Shown: positions 27,455 through 37,019 of the stretch, piece by piece | Position numbering within the stretch: position 1 is the stretch's first letter | How the letters are laid out: each line of letters starts with the position of its first letter | Program-made: the position numbers and the translations under genes | Assembly: GCA_964438725.1 (NCBI GenBank) | Contig: CAYTLG010000001.1 | Coordinates: 1 to 49,852 of the forward strand | Direction of reading: 5' to 3' | Source: an uncultured Ruminococcus sp. | Lineage (GTDB): Bacteria > Bacillota > Clostridia > Oscillospirales > CAG-272 | DNA: 49,852 bases | The notes under the pieces: generated by a model | What the model was told of the DNA's origin: nothing | Seen by the model: the letters and a program-made list of their open reading frames with translations, nothing else | Database searches by the model: none

Positions 27455-30451
27455 TTATATAACAGCTTTAAGACTGCGAAGTCTTATCTTCACCGCTCCA
27501 AGGTTCGCTATCTCGTCTATCTTTATCTGAGTATAGTATTTTCCACCGACTTCAAGTATTCGTCTTACTTCATCCGTCGTTATCGCATCTACTCCACAGC
27601 CGAATGATACAAGCTGTACTAATTGTACGTCGGGATTCTCTGTTGCAAACGCCGCCGCTCTGTATAATCTCGAATGATATGTCCACTGGTTCAGTACCTG
27701 TACCTCAGGTGTCCTTGCAAGATGTGCCACACTGTCCTCGGAAACTACAACAAAGCCAAGTGATAACGCCAGCTTGTCTATGCCGTGGCTTATCTCAGCA
27801 TCACAGTGATACGGTCTGCCCGCAAGTATCATGATAGGCTTCTCATGCTCCCTTGCGTACTTTATTGCCCTCTCACCCTCGGCTCTTACATCGCTTATGT
27901 ACTTCTCTATCGCCGCAAAACCTGCCGCAGCTGCCGCCTTTACTTCCGATTTCTTCATGTCGGGGTACATCGGCTTCAGCTCTTTCCAAAGTCCGTCGGC
28001 AAGCTCCTTTTCGTTGTTCAGCGACAGATACGGATAAAGGAACTTTCTGTTTTTGAGAATGTCCATGTTTCCGCGGAGAAGCTCGCTGTAATATGCCACT
28101 ACGGGGCAGTTGTAGTGGTTATCTCCGCTCGGCTGTCCGTCAAATTTCTCGTCAAGGTTCCATGTAAGTCTCGGATAGAATATCGTGTCACAACCCATGT
28201 CGCACAGTACCTCTATGTGACCGTGCATTATCTTCGCAGGATAGCAGGCTGTGTCGGACGGGATTGTGAACTGTCCTCTCTCGTATATAGCCTTTGTGGA
28301 CATTCCCGATGATACTACCTCAAAGCCAAGGCTCGTGAATACTGCGTTCCACAGAGGAAGAAGCTCGTACATTCCAAGCGTCAGAGGAAGTCCGATAACT
28401 CCTCGTCTGCTCTTCCCTTTTATCTCCTCATGCTCGCAGGTCGAAAGCATATATTCTCTCTTGTATTCGTAAAGGTTCGGTACGCCTTCCTCGTGTGTCA
28501 GCTTGCCCGCTCCCTTGTCGCATTTGTTTCCTGAGATGTATTTTCTTGTCTCGCCGTCCTTGCCGGGGAAGAAGTTCACCGTAAGCAGGCAATTGTTTGT
28601 ACATCCCTTGCAGTTTGCGGTTTTTGAGGTATGCGTGAACGCTTTAAGCTCTCCTGCGGTGATTATTCCCGAAAGATAGTCACGCTTGATTGCTCTTTCC
28701 TTTGCCCAAAGTGCCGCACCGTACGCTCCCATAAGTCCCGCAATGCTCGGTCTTGTTACATTCTCTCCAAGCTCACGCTCAAAGGCTCTCAGAACCGCAT
28801 CGTTAAGGAATGTTCCGCCCTGTACTACGATGTTCTTGCCAAGCTCGTCGGGAGAATGTGCTCTTATTACCTTGTATATGGCATTTTTTACCACACTAAC
28901 GGAAAGTCCGGCAGAAATATCCGCAACGGTAGCTCCGTCCTTCTGTGACTGCTTTACCTGTGAGTTCATGAATACAGTACAACGGCTTCCGAGGTTCACG
29001 GGATTTTCCGCAAACAGTGCCTTTTTCGAGAACTCCGCAGCTTCCATGTGCATTCCACGTGCAAACGTCTCGATGAACGAACCGCAGCCGGAGGAACAAG
29101 CCTCGTTGAGCATGATTCTGTCGATTGCACCGTTCTTTATCTTGAAGCACTTTATGTCCTGACCGCCGATATCGAGAATGAAGTCAACGTCGGGCTTGAA
29201 GAACTTCGCCGCTGTGTAGTGTGCTACTGTTTCAACAATACCGTCATCCACACCGAACGCAGCCTGAATAAGCTCTTCTCCGTAGCCTGTTACCGCAGAA
29301 CCGCATATTTTCACACGGTCTCCGCATTTTTCGTATATCTTATCAAGCTCTGCTCTGACTATCTCAACGGGATTACCACGGTTTGAGTCGTAGTAGGTGT
29401 AAAGTATCTCCGAATCCTCGCCGACTACCGTGAGCTTTGTTGTTGTGCTTCCGCAGTCGATACCAAGGTATGCACGTCCGCTGTATCCGTCAAGTGAGCC
29501 TATTTTTACAGAGGCCTTTGCGTGTCTGTCGGCGAACTCCTTATACTCCGCTTCGTTTTTGAAAAGAGCCGGAAGTCGGGTTGAGGTAGCGGCTATCTTT
29601 GCGTTTTCGATAAGCGAAATAAGCTCATCCATTGTGTATGTAACTCCGCCGCCCAGCTTTGACGCATACAATGCCGCACCGATGGACACCGCATTTCTTG
29701 CGTATTCGGGGAAAATTGCATTTTCGGGAGTGAGCTTTAAGGTTTCGACAAAGCGTTCTCTAAGTCCCTTGTTAAACGAAAGAGGACCGCCGAGGAACAT
29801 TACCTTGCCCTCGATTTTACGCCCCTGTGCAAGTCCTGCGATGGTCTGGTTTACTACTGCCTGATAAATGGAGGCTGCTACGTCCTCCTTTGCAGCTCCC
29901 TGATTAAGAAGCGGCTGAACGTCGGTCTTTGCGAAAACTCCGCAGCGTGAAGCTATGGGGTATATCTTCTTATGTTTCAGGGAAAGCTCGTCAAGCTCAT
30001 CGGGAGTAACGTCAAGAAGTGTTGCCATCTGGTCTATGAATGCTCCCGTACCGCCGGCACAGGTTCCGTTCATTCTCTCGTCTATGGCACCGTCGAAGAA
30101 TATTATTTTTGCGTCCTCTCCGCCAAGCTCTATTACAAGGTTTGTGTCGGGTGCGGCATTTTTTACGACTTCACCCGTTGCCCATACCTCCTGAACAAAA
30201 GGTATTTCGGCTCCCTCGGCAAGACCCATACCCGCAGAACCCGATACAGCCGCCGTGAATTTCTCGTTTCCGACTACTTCACGTGCGTTATCGAGCATTT
30301 TCACTACTGTTTCACGGATACATGAAAAATGTCTCTCGTAGGTATTGAAGATAACCTCTCCCGCCTTGAGAATAGCCAGCTTTGCGGTTGTAGAGCCAAC
30401 GTCTATTCCAAGCGTGAGTGTATCTGCTATATTTTTAAGATCAATGTGCAT
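27455..30451 (-). CDS. acyl-CoA dehydratase activase-type protein (two BadF/BadG/BcrA/BcrD ATPase domains + dehydratase-like C-terminal domain)
   Basis: 998 aa. Two acetate/sugar-kinase-fold ATPase starts, LGIDVGSTTAKLAIL and YLGIDCGSTTTKLTVV. Cluster-bridging Cys contexts ASRCGVF and GSRCTVF. The C-terminal region with SDTACYPAKI resembles the next gene. Confidence 0.85.
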   Translation of the reverse strand: MHIDLKNIADTLTLGIDVGSTTAKLAILKAGEVIFNTYERHFSCIRETVVKMLDNAREVVGNEKFTAAVSGSAGMGLAEGAEIPFVQEVWATGEVVKNAAPDTNLVIELGGEDAKIIFFDGAIDERMNGTCAGGTGAFIDQMATLLDVTPDELDELSLKHKKIYPIASRCGVFAKTDVQPLLNQGAAKEDVAASIYQAVVNQTIAGLAQGRKIEGKVMFLGGPLSFNKGLRERFVETLKLTPENAIFPEYARNAVSIGAALYASKLGGGVTYTMDELISLIENAKIAATSTRLPALFKNEAEYKEFADRHAKASVKIGSLDGYSGRAYLGIDCGSTTTKLTVVGEDSEILYTYYDSNRGNPVEIVRAELDKIYEKCGDRVKICGSAVTGYGEELIQAAFGVDDGIVETVAHYTAAKFFKPDVDFILDIGGQDIKCFKIKNGAIDRIMLNEACSSGCGSFIETFARGMHMEAAEFSKKALFAENPVNLGSRCTVFMNSQVKQSQKDGATVADISAGLSVSVVKNAIYKVIRAHSPDELGKNIVVQGGTFLNDAVLRAFERELGENVTRPSIAGLMGAYGAALWAKERAIKRDYLSGIITAGELKAFTHTSKTANCKGCTNNCLLTVNFFPGKDGETRKYISGNKCDKGAGKLTHEEGVPNLYEYKREYMLSTCEHEEIKGKSRRGVIGLPLTLGMYELLPLWNAVFTSLGFEVVSSGMSTKAIYERGQFTIPSDTACYPAKIMHGHIEVLCDMGCDTIFYPRLTWNLDEKFDGQPSGDNHYNCPVVAYYSELLRGNMDILKNRKFLYPYLSLNNEKELADGLWKELKPMYPDMKKSEVKAAAAAGFAAIEKYISDVRAEGERAIKYAREHEKPIMILAGRPYHCDAEISHGIDKLALSLGFVVVSEDSVAHLARTPEVQVLNQWTYHSRLYRAAAFATENPDVQLVQLVSFGCGVDAITTDEVRRILEVGGKYYTQIKIDEIANLGAVKIRLRSLKAVI

Positions 30452-30734
30452 TTATTCTACCATTCTGAATTGAAATAAGGCAGTATTCCGTACTTACAAG
30501 CGTGAATTTCAAGTCGTAGGTGCAGTACCGCCTATAATATATAATAATACAAAATCATGCAAAATACAAGGTTGATATTTGAACAAAAATGGAATGTTTT
30601 GTTTTTATTATTGTACAGTATACGAAAAATGCAGTTGTGTTCAGAAATCAACAACCATATAATTGGGTAAAATTACCATTCCGATTCGGTCTTGCGGTAC
30701 TCTGTCGGCATGGTCGTACTGACAGTTAAACAAA

Positions 30735-30764
30735 CAAAAAAGGAGCTATACAAAATACAGCCCC
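30735..30764 (-). terminator. possible intrinsic terminator after the 244-aa secreted protein gene
   Basis: On the minus strand: GGGGCT-gtattttgtat-AGCTCC (one G-U pair) followed by TTTTTTGTTTG. Confidence 0.5.
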
Positions 30765-30773
30765 TTTATTTAT

Positions 30774-31508
30774 TCAGTTAGCGAATCTGATTCCGAAGGT
30801 ATCGAAAAGCGGGATGGCTTCTTCTGTTTTTGCTTCTGCCACTATCTTTTCGGGTTCACTTCCGGCTTCTACCTCACCGTTTGTCTTATACTCAACATGG
30901 ACGTTTTCGCCCTCGTCACAGTAAAGTGCAAGCTCGGAGAGTGAGAATCCGTTACCTGTAAGTACGACGAACTCAAACTTATAATATCTGAACTTTCTTG
31001 CAAATTCCTTGACGGAGAACACCTTAAAGCCGTCCTTATCCTCTGCGGGATTTTCGACCTTGAGCTGGTACCAGTCCTCAAGCATGGTATCGTTTGTAGC
31101 GTACACGTTGATACCGATAACGTCACCCTTTTCTCCATCGATTTTTACGGCGAATGTATCGGCAACTACGGGAGCTTCAAATGCGGTATAGATGCTTAAT
31201 TTCTTAGACGGAACTTCTTCATCGAATGCTATCGAAAGTCCGGAATCCTCATCGAAGTCATAGAGGCAGGTGAGGTTCACGTTCGGGAGGAGGTCACAAA
31301 CGGAGCTTGTTACGGGAACGAGTTCCTTGCCGTCAACGGTAACTACTGCGAGCTTTTTGGTTACGGCTTCTGCACCGTCAGTTGTTTCCTCTGCGGCTTC
31401 AACTGTTTGGGGATTTGAGGAAATGAGCTGGTCATTTGCGTATGCATTTGTCGTAAGTGCGGAAAGAAGTGCAACTACGGCAAGTGAAAGTGCGAGTTTT
31501 TTCTTCAT
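30774..31508 (-). CDS. secreted hypothetical protein (possible galactose-binding-like beta-sandwich)
   Basis: 244 aa. Signal peptide MKKKLALSLAVVALLSALTTNAYA. The segment YYKFEFVVLTGNGFSLSELALY resembles discoidin/CBM32-type ends. The function call is weak. Confidence 0.65.
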   Translation of the reverse strand: MKKKLALSLAVVALLSALTTNAYANDQLISSNPQTVEAAEETTDGAEAVTKKLAVVTVDGKELVPVTSSVCDLLPNVNLTCLYDFDEDSGLSIAFDEEVPSKKLSIYTAFEAPVVADTFAVKIDGEKGDVIGINVYATNDTMLEDWYQLKVENPAEDKDGFKVFSVKEFARKFRYYKFEFVVLTGNGFSLSELALYCDEGENVHVEYKTNGEVEAGSEPEKIVAEAKTEEAIPLFDTFGIRFAN

Positions 31509-31530
31509 GGGATATGCCTTTCTTTATAAA

Positions 31531-33171
31531 TCAGTTTGCGTTTTCGATAAGAGCGTTTACCTTTTCACGGAGGGTTTCAACGTAGTCCTCATCGTGGGGG
31601 TATTCGGAGAATGTAATCTCACCTCTCTCGTCAACAAGAGCAAGGACTGCCTCACGGCCGCAAAGTTCTTCTGCGAGGTCCATAGCACGTCTGTCCTGGA
31701 GAGCCATTGTGAACGCTTTCATGTGGAGTGTTTCGAGAGGCTGACCGTTTTCGCCGGGATATACTGCGAAGCAATCTCCTGCGGGAACCCAATATTCACC
31801 ATCGTTGATGAGGTAGGGGTCTATTGCACGTGTGGAGCCCTGGTCGTTATAGAAGTTATAGCCCCACTGGAGGAAGCCTACGATATGATACTTCCAGAAC
31901 TGGGCACCGATAACACGGGTTCTCTGTGAGGGCATAGCAACCATACGGTTTGAAACCTTGTATGTCTGTCCGCAGCAGTAGTAAGTCCAGAGGTTGGGAA
32001 CATTTGCTTCAATGAACGGTGCGATATGGTCGTTTGAGGGGATGGGGCATGACAAAGCTCCTGTCTGGTAGAACTCGAAGCTGGAAAGAGCATCCATTAT
32101 TGTATAGTCGGAGATGAGGTCGTATATCTGCTCTTTTGCCTTTGTATATGCTTCAAGGTGCTGGAGTGAGGGTTCATCGGAGATATGGTAGAGGCATCTG
32201 TCATCAACACCGAGACGCTTCATTTCGGCAATGAACGCTGTCAGGAAGGTACGAAGGAAGGTTTTATATTCATCGGAGAAAGCATCGGTTTCCCAGCCGA
32301 AGATACGCTTATATTCGCCATCGTCATATGCCATGATTTTAGGTGCATGGGCACAACCCCATTGTGTATAGAGGTGGGATATTTCAAAGTATTCTACGCC
32401 TGCTTCACGTGCGATTTCAACCCATTTAGCGAGCTTATCGAAGCCGAAAGCGTATTCGCCCTGTTCACGGTAAACGTCGATAAGCTGAGTTGTACGTCTT
32501 TCACCGCCTACCTGAGTATCGAGCGGAGGAGTAAAAACAGGTGTAAGTATTGTATTGATACCGTTCTTTACAGCAGTTTTCATGAAGTTTGAAATATATT
32601 CCCAGTGCTTATCATCAAAGGATTCGAGTCCGTAGTAGTTTGCGATACAGTCACAATGGAACCATTCTGTAACCTTCATGGTCTGTTTGGGGAGAGTTTT
32701 TGCAATAACGTGTACTGTATACTCTGCGGAATAGGTTTCGCCGCCCACGAAAGATACTTTGATTGTGTGGTCACCTGCTGCTGTATTTTCGGGTACAGTT
32801 ACAGTAACAAAGAGTGCTTTAAGCTGACCGTATGTAGCGAAAACGGTATTTCCGTTAGTGAGGTCACGGAGGAGGTCAGGATAAAGTCCGGGAGTTTTAC
32901 GGAGGAAGTAGTCATCTGAACCGGGGTAAGCGGGGTATCTTACAGGTACGGGTTCAACGAGACGTACTTTTACGTCGGGGAGATCTGATTCAACCTGAAT
33001 CTGATACCAGCCTCTGGGGGACTCATTGGGGTCATCGGTAGCGAAAGCTATCTGGAAGCAGACTTCTTCACCGAGAAGTGCGGATGAGGATGAGGATACT
33101 TTTTTGGATTCGATATTCTCATCGAGGAAGCATTTCTCCATTGCGGAGACAGTACGTAGGTGGAGTGCCAT
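31531..33171 (-). CDS. DUF4091 / GH123-like glycoside hydrolase family protein
   Basis: The start is set at ATG 33171 (MALHLRTVSAMEKCF) after GAAAGGAAAC; the tracked 19-aa Lys-rich extension is repeat-derived leader. The conserved stretch WFHCDCIANYYG...INTILTPVFTPPLDTQVGGERRTTQLIDV is typical of DUF4091 proteins, from memory. Confidence 0.75.
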   Translation of the reverse strand: MALHLRTVSAMEKCFLDENIESKKVSSSSSALLGEEVCFQIAFATDDPNESPRGWYQIQVESDLPDVKVRLVEPVPVRYPAYPGSDDYFLRKTPGLYPDLLRDLTNGNTVFATYGQLKALFVTVTVPENTAAGDHTIKVSFVGGETYSAEYTVHVIAKTLPKQTMKVTEWFHCDCIANYYGLESFDDKHWEYISNFMKTAVKNGINTILTPVFTPPLDTQVGGERRTTQLIDVYREQGEYAFGFDKLAKWVEIAREAGVEYFEISHLYTQWGCAHAPKIMAYDDGEYKRIFGWETDAFSDEYKTFLRTFLTAFIAEMKRLGVDDRCLYHISDEPSLQHLEAYTKAKEQIYDLISDYTIMDALSSFEFYQTGALSCPIPSNDHIAPFIEANVPNLWTYYCCGQTYKVSNRMVAMPSQRTRVIGAQFWKYHIVGFLQWGYNFYNDQGSTRAIDPYLINDGEYWVPAGDCFAVYPGENGQPLETLHMKAFTMALQDRRAMDLAEELCGREAVLALVDERGEITFSEYPHDEDYVETLREKVNALIENAN

Positions 33172-33185
33172 AGGTGTGGGTTTCC

Positions 33186-33346
33186 TTTCTTTCAATTCTT
33201 TCTTTGTTTTATTTTCTTTCTTCACCAATGAAGTTTGGGTTAAAGGGGGTTAGGGCTTCATTTAGGTAAACTAATGTCCATTCAGCTTCAGGTGAATCCC
33301 AATCCACGGAGGTATCCGGTAGGGTGAACGCCACCCTCAACCTACC
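33186..33346 (+). repeat. intergenic repeat family, copy C (long form)
   Basis: About 160 bp with the exact core at 33282-33296. The left end forms the purine-rich 5' leader of the DUF4091 gene. The right end, TCAACCTACC (33337-33346), contains the ddl stop codon. Confidence 0.88.
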
Positions 33347-34386
33347 TCCGCTGCCTCTATCATTCTCGATAGAATCTCACGATAGCTTATGCCGTCGTTT
33401 ATCATCATCTTCGGATACATAGATATCGGCGTAAATCCGGGAAGCGTGTTTATCTCGTTGAATATAAATCCATCACTTACATGGAAAAAGTCTACTCTTG
33501 CGTATCCCTTGCAGCCAAGTGCCTTGAATACCTCTATTGCTTCTCTGCGTACCTCGTCCTGTTCCGCTTCACTTAACCTTGCAGGAAGATAGTACGTCGA
33601 GTCGTCACTTTTGTATTTCGCTTCGTAATCGTAAAATTCTGCGTTTCCGTGGTCTATCTCTGCCGGATGTGCCGCATAGTATTTGCCATGCTCCTCTAAT
33701 ACGGCAACCTCCGTTTCGCTGCCTACTATGCACTCCTCTACAAGTACCTTTCCGTCCTCGTGAAGTGCAGTTCTTATCGCTGCGTCAAATCCATCTGCCG
33801 ATTTTACTTTTGTCACACCAACAGATGAGCCTGCGTTTGCGGGTTTTACAAACATAGGATAACCAAGCTCCGCTTCACATCTGAGTCTGTATCCCTCGGC
33901 AGTGTCGGCATTGTAGTCGATTTCGTTTACAAAAACCGTTTTCGCCTGCTTTATGTCAGTTTCGGAGGCTACAACCGCCTTTGTGAACGCTTTGTCCATG
34001 CATACCGCAGATGACGTGCAGCCACAGCCGACAACGGGTATATTCATAAGTGCAAGCATTCCCTGGAGCTTTCCGTCCTCGCAGTTCTTTCCGTGCATCA
34101 TGGGCATTACAACGTCGGGTCTTATCTCACGCTCGCCTGCTACAAACACACCCTTTGCAAGGTCAAGAGACAGAGGAGTGGTCTTTCCCTCGCTCTCCCA
34201 TCTGTCATCACGCACAAGCTCGTTCTCTCCCTCGTAAAGGTAGAATCTGCCGTCTCTTGTTACGCCTGTCGTTATTACGTTGTAGCGTTCACGGTCTATA
34301 TTTTCCATCGCTCCGTATGCAGATGAAAGTGATACCTCGTATTCGGAAGATTTTCCGCCGAACATGAGCATTACGGTCTTTTTCAT
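33337..34386 (-). CDS. ddl: D-alanine--D-alanine ligase
   Basis: 349 aa. MLMFGGKSSEYEVSLSSA start and an ATP-grasp region ELGYPMFVKPANAGSSVGV ... EINTLPGFT. Confidence 0.93.
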   Translation of the reverse strand: MKKTVMLMFGGKSSEYEVSLSSAYGAMENIDRERYNVITTGVTRDGRFYLYEGENELVRDDRWESEGKTTPLSLDLAKGVFVAGEREIRPDVVMPMMHGKNCEDGKLQGMLALMNIPVVGCGCTSSAVCMDKAFTKAVVASETDIKQAKTVFVNEIDYNADTAEGYRLRCEAELGYPMFVKPANAGSSVGVTKVKSADGFDAAIRTALHEDGKVLVEECIVGSETEVAVLEEHGKYYAAHPAEIDHGNAEFYDYEAKYKSDDSTYYLPARLSEAEQDEVRREAIEVFKALGCKGYARVDFFHVSDGFIFNEINTLPGFTPISMYPKMMINDGISYREILSRMIEAAEVG

Positions 34387-34409
34387 TGGGTCATGCCTCT
34401 TTCTTATGA

Positions 34410-36029
34410 TTATTTCAGTATCTCAAAATAGCTTTTCAGGGTTTCTGCGGTCTTTCTCTCTCGCTGGCTTATCATATACTCAACAGAGTCTCTCAGTGCC
34501 TGCCAGCTCGCATTTATTACGTCACCGGACACACCTGTGGTTCTCCAAACTGCCGCTCCGTCCGTCGATTCTATGGCAACTCTTACCTGCGATGCCGTAG
34601 CCTTGGAGTCAAGCACACGTACACGGTAGTCCGTCAGACGCATTCTTCCGACTTCGGGATAGAACGGCATTAATGCTCGGCGTAGTGCTTCGTCAAGTGC
34701 GTTTACAGGACCGTTTCCCTCTCCTGCCGCAAGCTCCTGCTCTCCGCCAACCGATATTTTTATGACTGCGGAGGAATGGAGACTGTCCTCAGTGGAGCTG
34801 TCGTGCATTTCGTCGGTCATTACTTTAAGGCTTATCAGCTTGAAGCACTCGTTTCGTATACCGAAAACCTTGTCGCAAAGGAGTGAGAATGAAGCACCTG
34901 CGTCCTCGTAGTCGTAGCCCATGCTCTCACGCTCTTTAAGCTCGTTCATTAGGGTAACAAGTCGCTCGTCGTTCTTTTCAAGGGAGGCATATTCTTCGGG
35001 CAGGCTCAGTCTCAGCTTATCCATTATGGCGGCACGACCTGAAAGACTGCTTATTACTATATTTCTTTCGTTTCCCACAAGTTCGGGTGGAATATGTTCA
35101 AATGAGGCGGGATATTTTTTTACTCCGTCTATGTGTGAGCCTGCTTTATGGGTGAATGCGTAACCTCCGACAAATGGAGATCTTTCATCGAACGTGAGGT
35201 TAGCGGAGCTTACTATACTGCGTGCGGCTCTTGTAAGATTATGGATATTATCACCGATACAGTCCATACCGAGCTTGAGCTGGAGTACGGGAATGAGGGT
35301 ACAAAGGTCAGCGTTACCGCATCTTTCGCCGACTCCCATTACGGTACCATGAACCTGGCTTGCTCCCTCAATGACAGCGGAAACTGAGCAGGCGGCAGCC
35401 ATACCCATATCGTTATGACAATGCACTCCGATACGATGACCAAAGCGTTTTACGGCTGCATGTGCGACTACACCGACAACATCGGGGAGAGTTCCGCCGT
35501 TTGTATCGCAGAGGACTGCTGTTTTTGCACCTGCAACAAGGGCAGTATCGATGGTTTTGAGTGCATATTCGGGATTTTCGGAATATCCGTCAAAGAAATG
35601 CTCGGCATCGAAAATAACCTCTTTACCGGAGTCACGGAGGAATTTCACGCTCTCGTAAATCATACGCAGATTTTCTTCGGGTGTAACGCCGAGAACCTCC
35701 GTTACGTGTGCAAGAGAGGCTTTTCCGTATATGGTAGCTGCGGGAACTGGTGCTGCGGCGGAGAGTACAAGGTGTGAATCCATATCAGGTGAGAGACCTG
35801 CTTTGACTGTACGGCAGAAAACGCAGAGTTTAGCGTTATTCAGCTTGACACTGCCGAGTTTATCAAAGAATTCTTTATCCGCCTGAGAGGTTATCATACC
35901 GACTTCGATATAGGACACGCCGAGTTCATCGAGTCTATGTATAGTACGGAGTTTATCATCGGGTGAGAATTCGACTCCTGCACCCTGAGCTCCGTCACGG
36001 AGGGTAGTATCGAGGATGTCAATTTTCAT
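34410..36029 (-). CDS. cimA: citramalate synthase (2-isopropylmalate synthase family)
   Basis: 539 aa. The HMGL-like start is ILDTTLRDGAQGAGVEFS, with HCHNDMGMA, and a C-terminal LeuA-dimerisation-type regulatory domain. Confidence 0.85.
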   Translation of the reverse strand: MKIDILDTTLRDGAQGAGVEFSPDDKLRTIHRLDELGVSYIEVGMITSQADKEFFDKLGSVKLNNAKLCVFCRTVKAGLSPDMDSHLVLSAAAPVPAATIYGKASLAHVTEVLGVTPEENLRMIYESVKFLRDSGKEVIFDAEHFFDGYSENPEYALKTIDTALVAGAKTAVLCDTNGGTLPDVVGVVAHAAVKRFGHRIGVHCHNDMGMAAACSVSAVIEGASQVHGTVMGVGERCGNADLCTLIPVLQLKLGMDCIGDNIHNLTRAARSIVSSANLTFDERSPFVGGYAFTHKAGSHIDGVKKYPASFEHIPPELVGNERNIVISSLSGRAAIMDKLRLSLPEEYASLEKNDERLVTLMNELKERESMGYDYEDAGASFSLLCDKVFGIRNECFKLISLKVMTDEMHDSSTEDSLHSSAVIKISVGGEQELAAGEGNGPVNALDEALRRALMPFYPEVGRMRLTDYRVRVLDSKATASQVRVAIESTDGAAVWRTTGVSGDVINASWQALRDSVEYMISQRERKTAETLKSYFEILK

Positions 36030-36040
36030 CTTGGCTTATT

Positions 36041-36170
36041 TTCTTTCAATTCTTTCTTTTTTCTTTCTTCACCAATAAAGTTTGGTTCAAAGAGGGTTAG
36101 GGTTCGTTTAGGTAAAACCAAAGTCCATTCAGCTTCAGGTGAAATCTAAATCAATAGCCCCACGTCAGTG
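36041..36170 (+). repeat. intergenic repeat family, copy D (long form)
   Basis: About 130 bp with the exact core at 36129-36143. The first 120 nt are about 85% identical to copy C by eye. The left end forms the cimA 5' leader. The right end, CACGTCAGTG (36161-36170), contains the prmC stop codon and recurs in copy H. Confidence 0.88.
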
Positions 36171-37010
36171 CAAATTCTTCAGCACCGCTCCCCTTTTTCT
36201 TTTTCCGTAGTCCATTATTACGTCCACTGACATTCCGTTCGACTTCGCTATCTCGCTTACAGCCTCGTACTGGTCGTAGCCATGCTCGAATATTATCGAA
36301 CCATTGTCAGTCAGTGCATTTTTATACATTTCTATTATCGAACGGTAGAAGCTCAAACCGTCTCCTCCGTCCGTTAAGGCTATCCTCGGCTCGTAGCTCA
36401 ACTCAGGCTCAAGCCCTGCCATTACTTCTTCGGGAATGTACGGCGGATTCGCTGTTATGAGGTCAAACTTCTTGCCCTCGAACAGCTGCGTCATTGCATC
36501 CCCCCTCAGCACCCTTGCCCTCTCCGTGACCCCGTTTAAAACAAGGTTTTCTCGTGCGGTTTTCAGTGCCGAGTCCGATATATCTACAAGCGTAAACTCC
36601 GCCTGCTTTACCTGATACATAACGGCTATTGCTATGCATCCCGAACCCGTGCAAAGGTCAAGACAGCGGTATTTTTCTTTTTTTCCCTGCTTTTTCAGCT
36701 CAATTACGGCTCTTTCCGCAACAAGCTCCGTGTCGGGTCTGGGAATAAGGCACCCCTCTCCGACTCGCATGGGCATTCCGTAGAACTCCCACTCTCCCAG
36801 TATATACTGCATCGGGTAGCGTGTGAGTCTTTTCTCAAGTGCTTCTTTGAATCTCACGAATCCGTCCATTTTATCAAGCTCGTCATAACGCATGATAAGT
36901 GAACGTGACATCGGAACGGAAAGGAACTTTTCGCACAGCAGGCGTACTTCGTTTTCAGCTTCCTCTATCCCGCATTCGGTGAGCATTTTTACAGCGTCGT
37001 TGATATTCAT
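36165..37010 (-). CDS. prmC: peptide chain release factor N5-glutamine methyltransferase
   Basis: 281 aa. SAM-binding LDLCTGSGCIAI and the catalytic NPPY motif (ITANPPYIPEE). Confidence 0.92.
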   Translation of the reverse strand: MNINDAVKMLTECGIEEAENEVRLLCEKFLSVPMSRSLIMRYDELDKMDGFVRFKEALEKRLTRYPMQYILGEWEFYGMPMRVGEGCLIPRPDTELVAERAVIELKKQGKKEKYRCLDLCTGSGCIAIAVMYQVKQAEFTLVDISDSALKTARENLVLNGVTERARVLRGDAMTQLFEGKKFDLITANPPYIPEEVMAGLEPELSYEPRIALTDGGDGLSFYRSIIEMYKNALTDNGSIIFEHGYDQYEAVSEIAKSNGMSVDVIMDYGKRKRGAVLKNLH

Positions 37011-37019
37011 ATTGTATAT

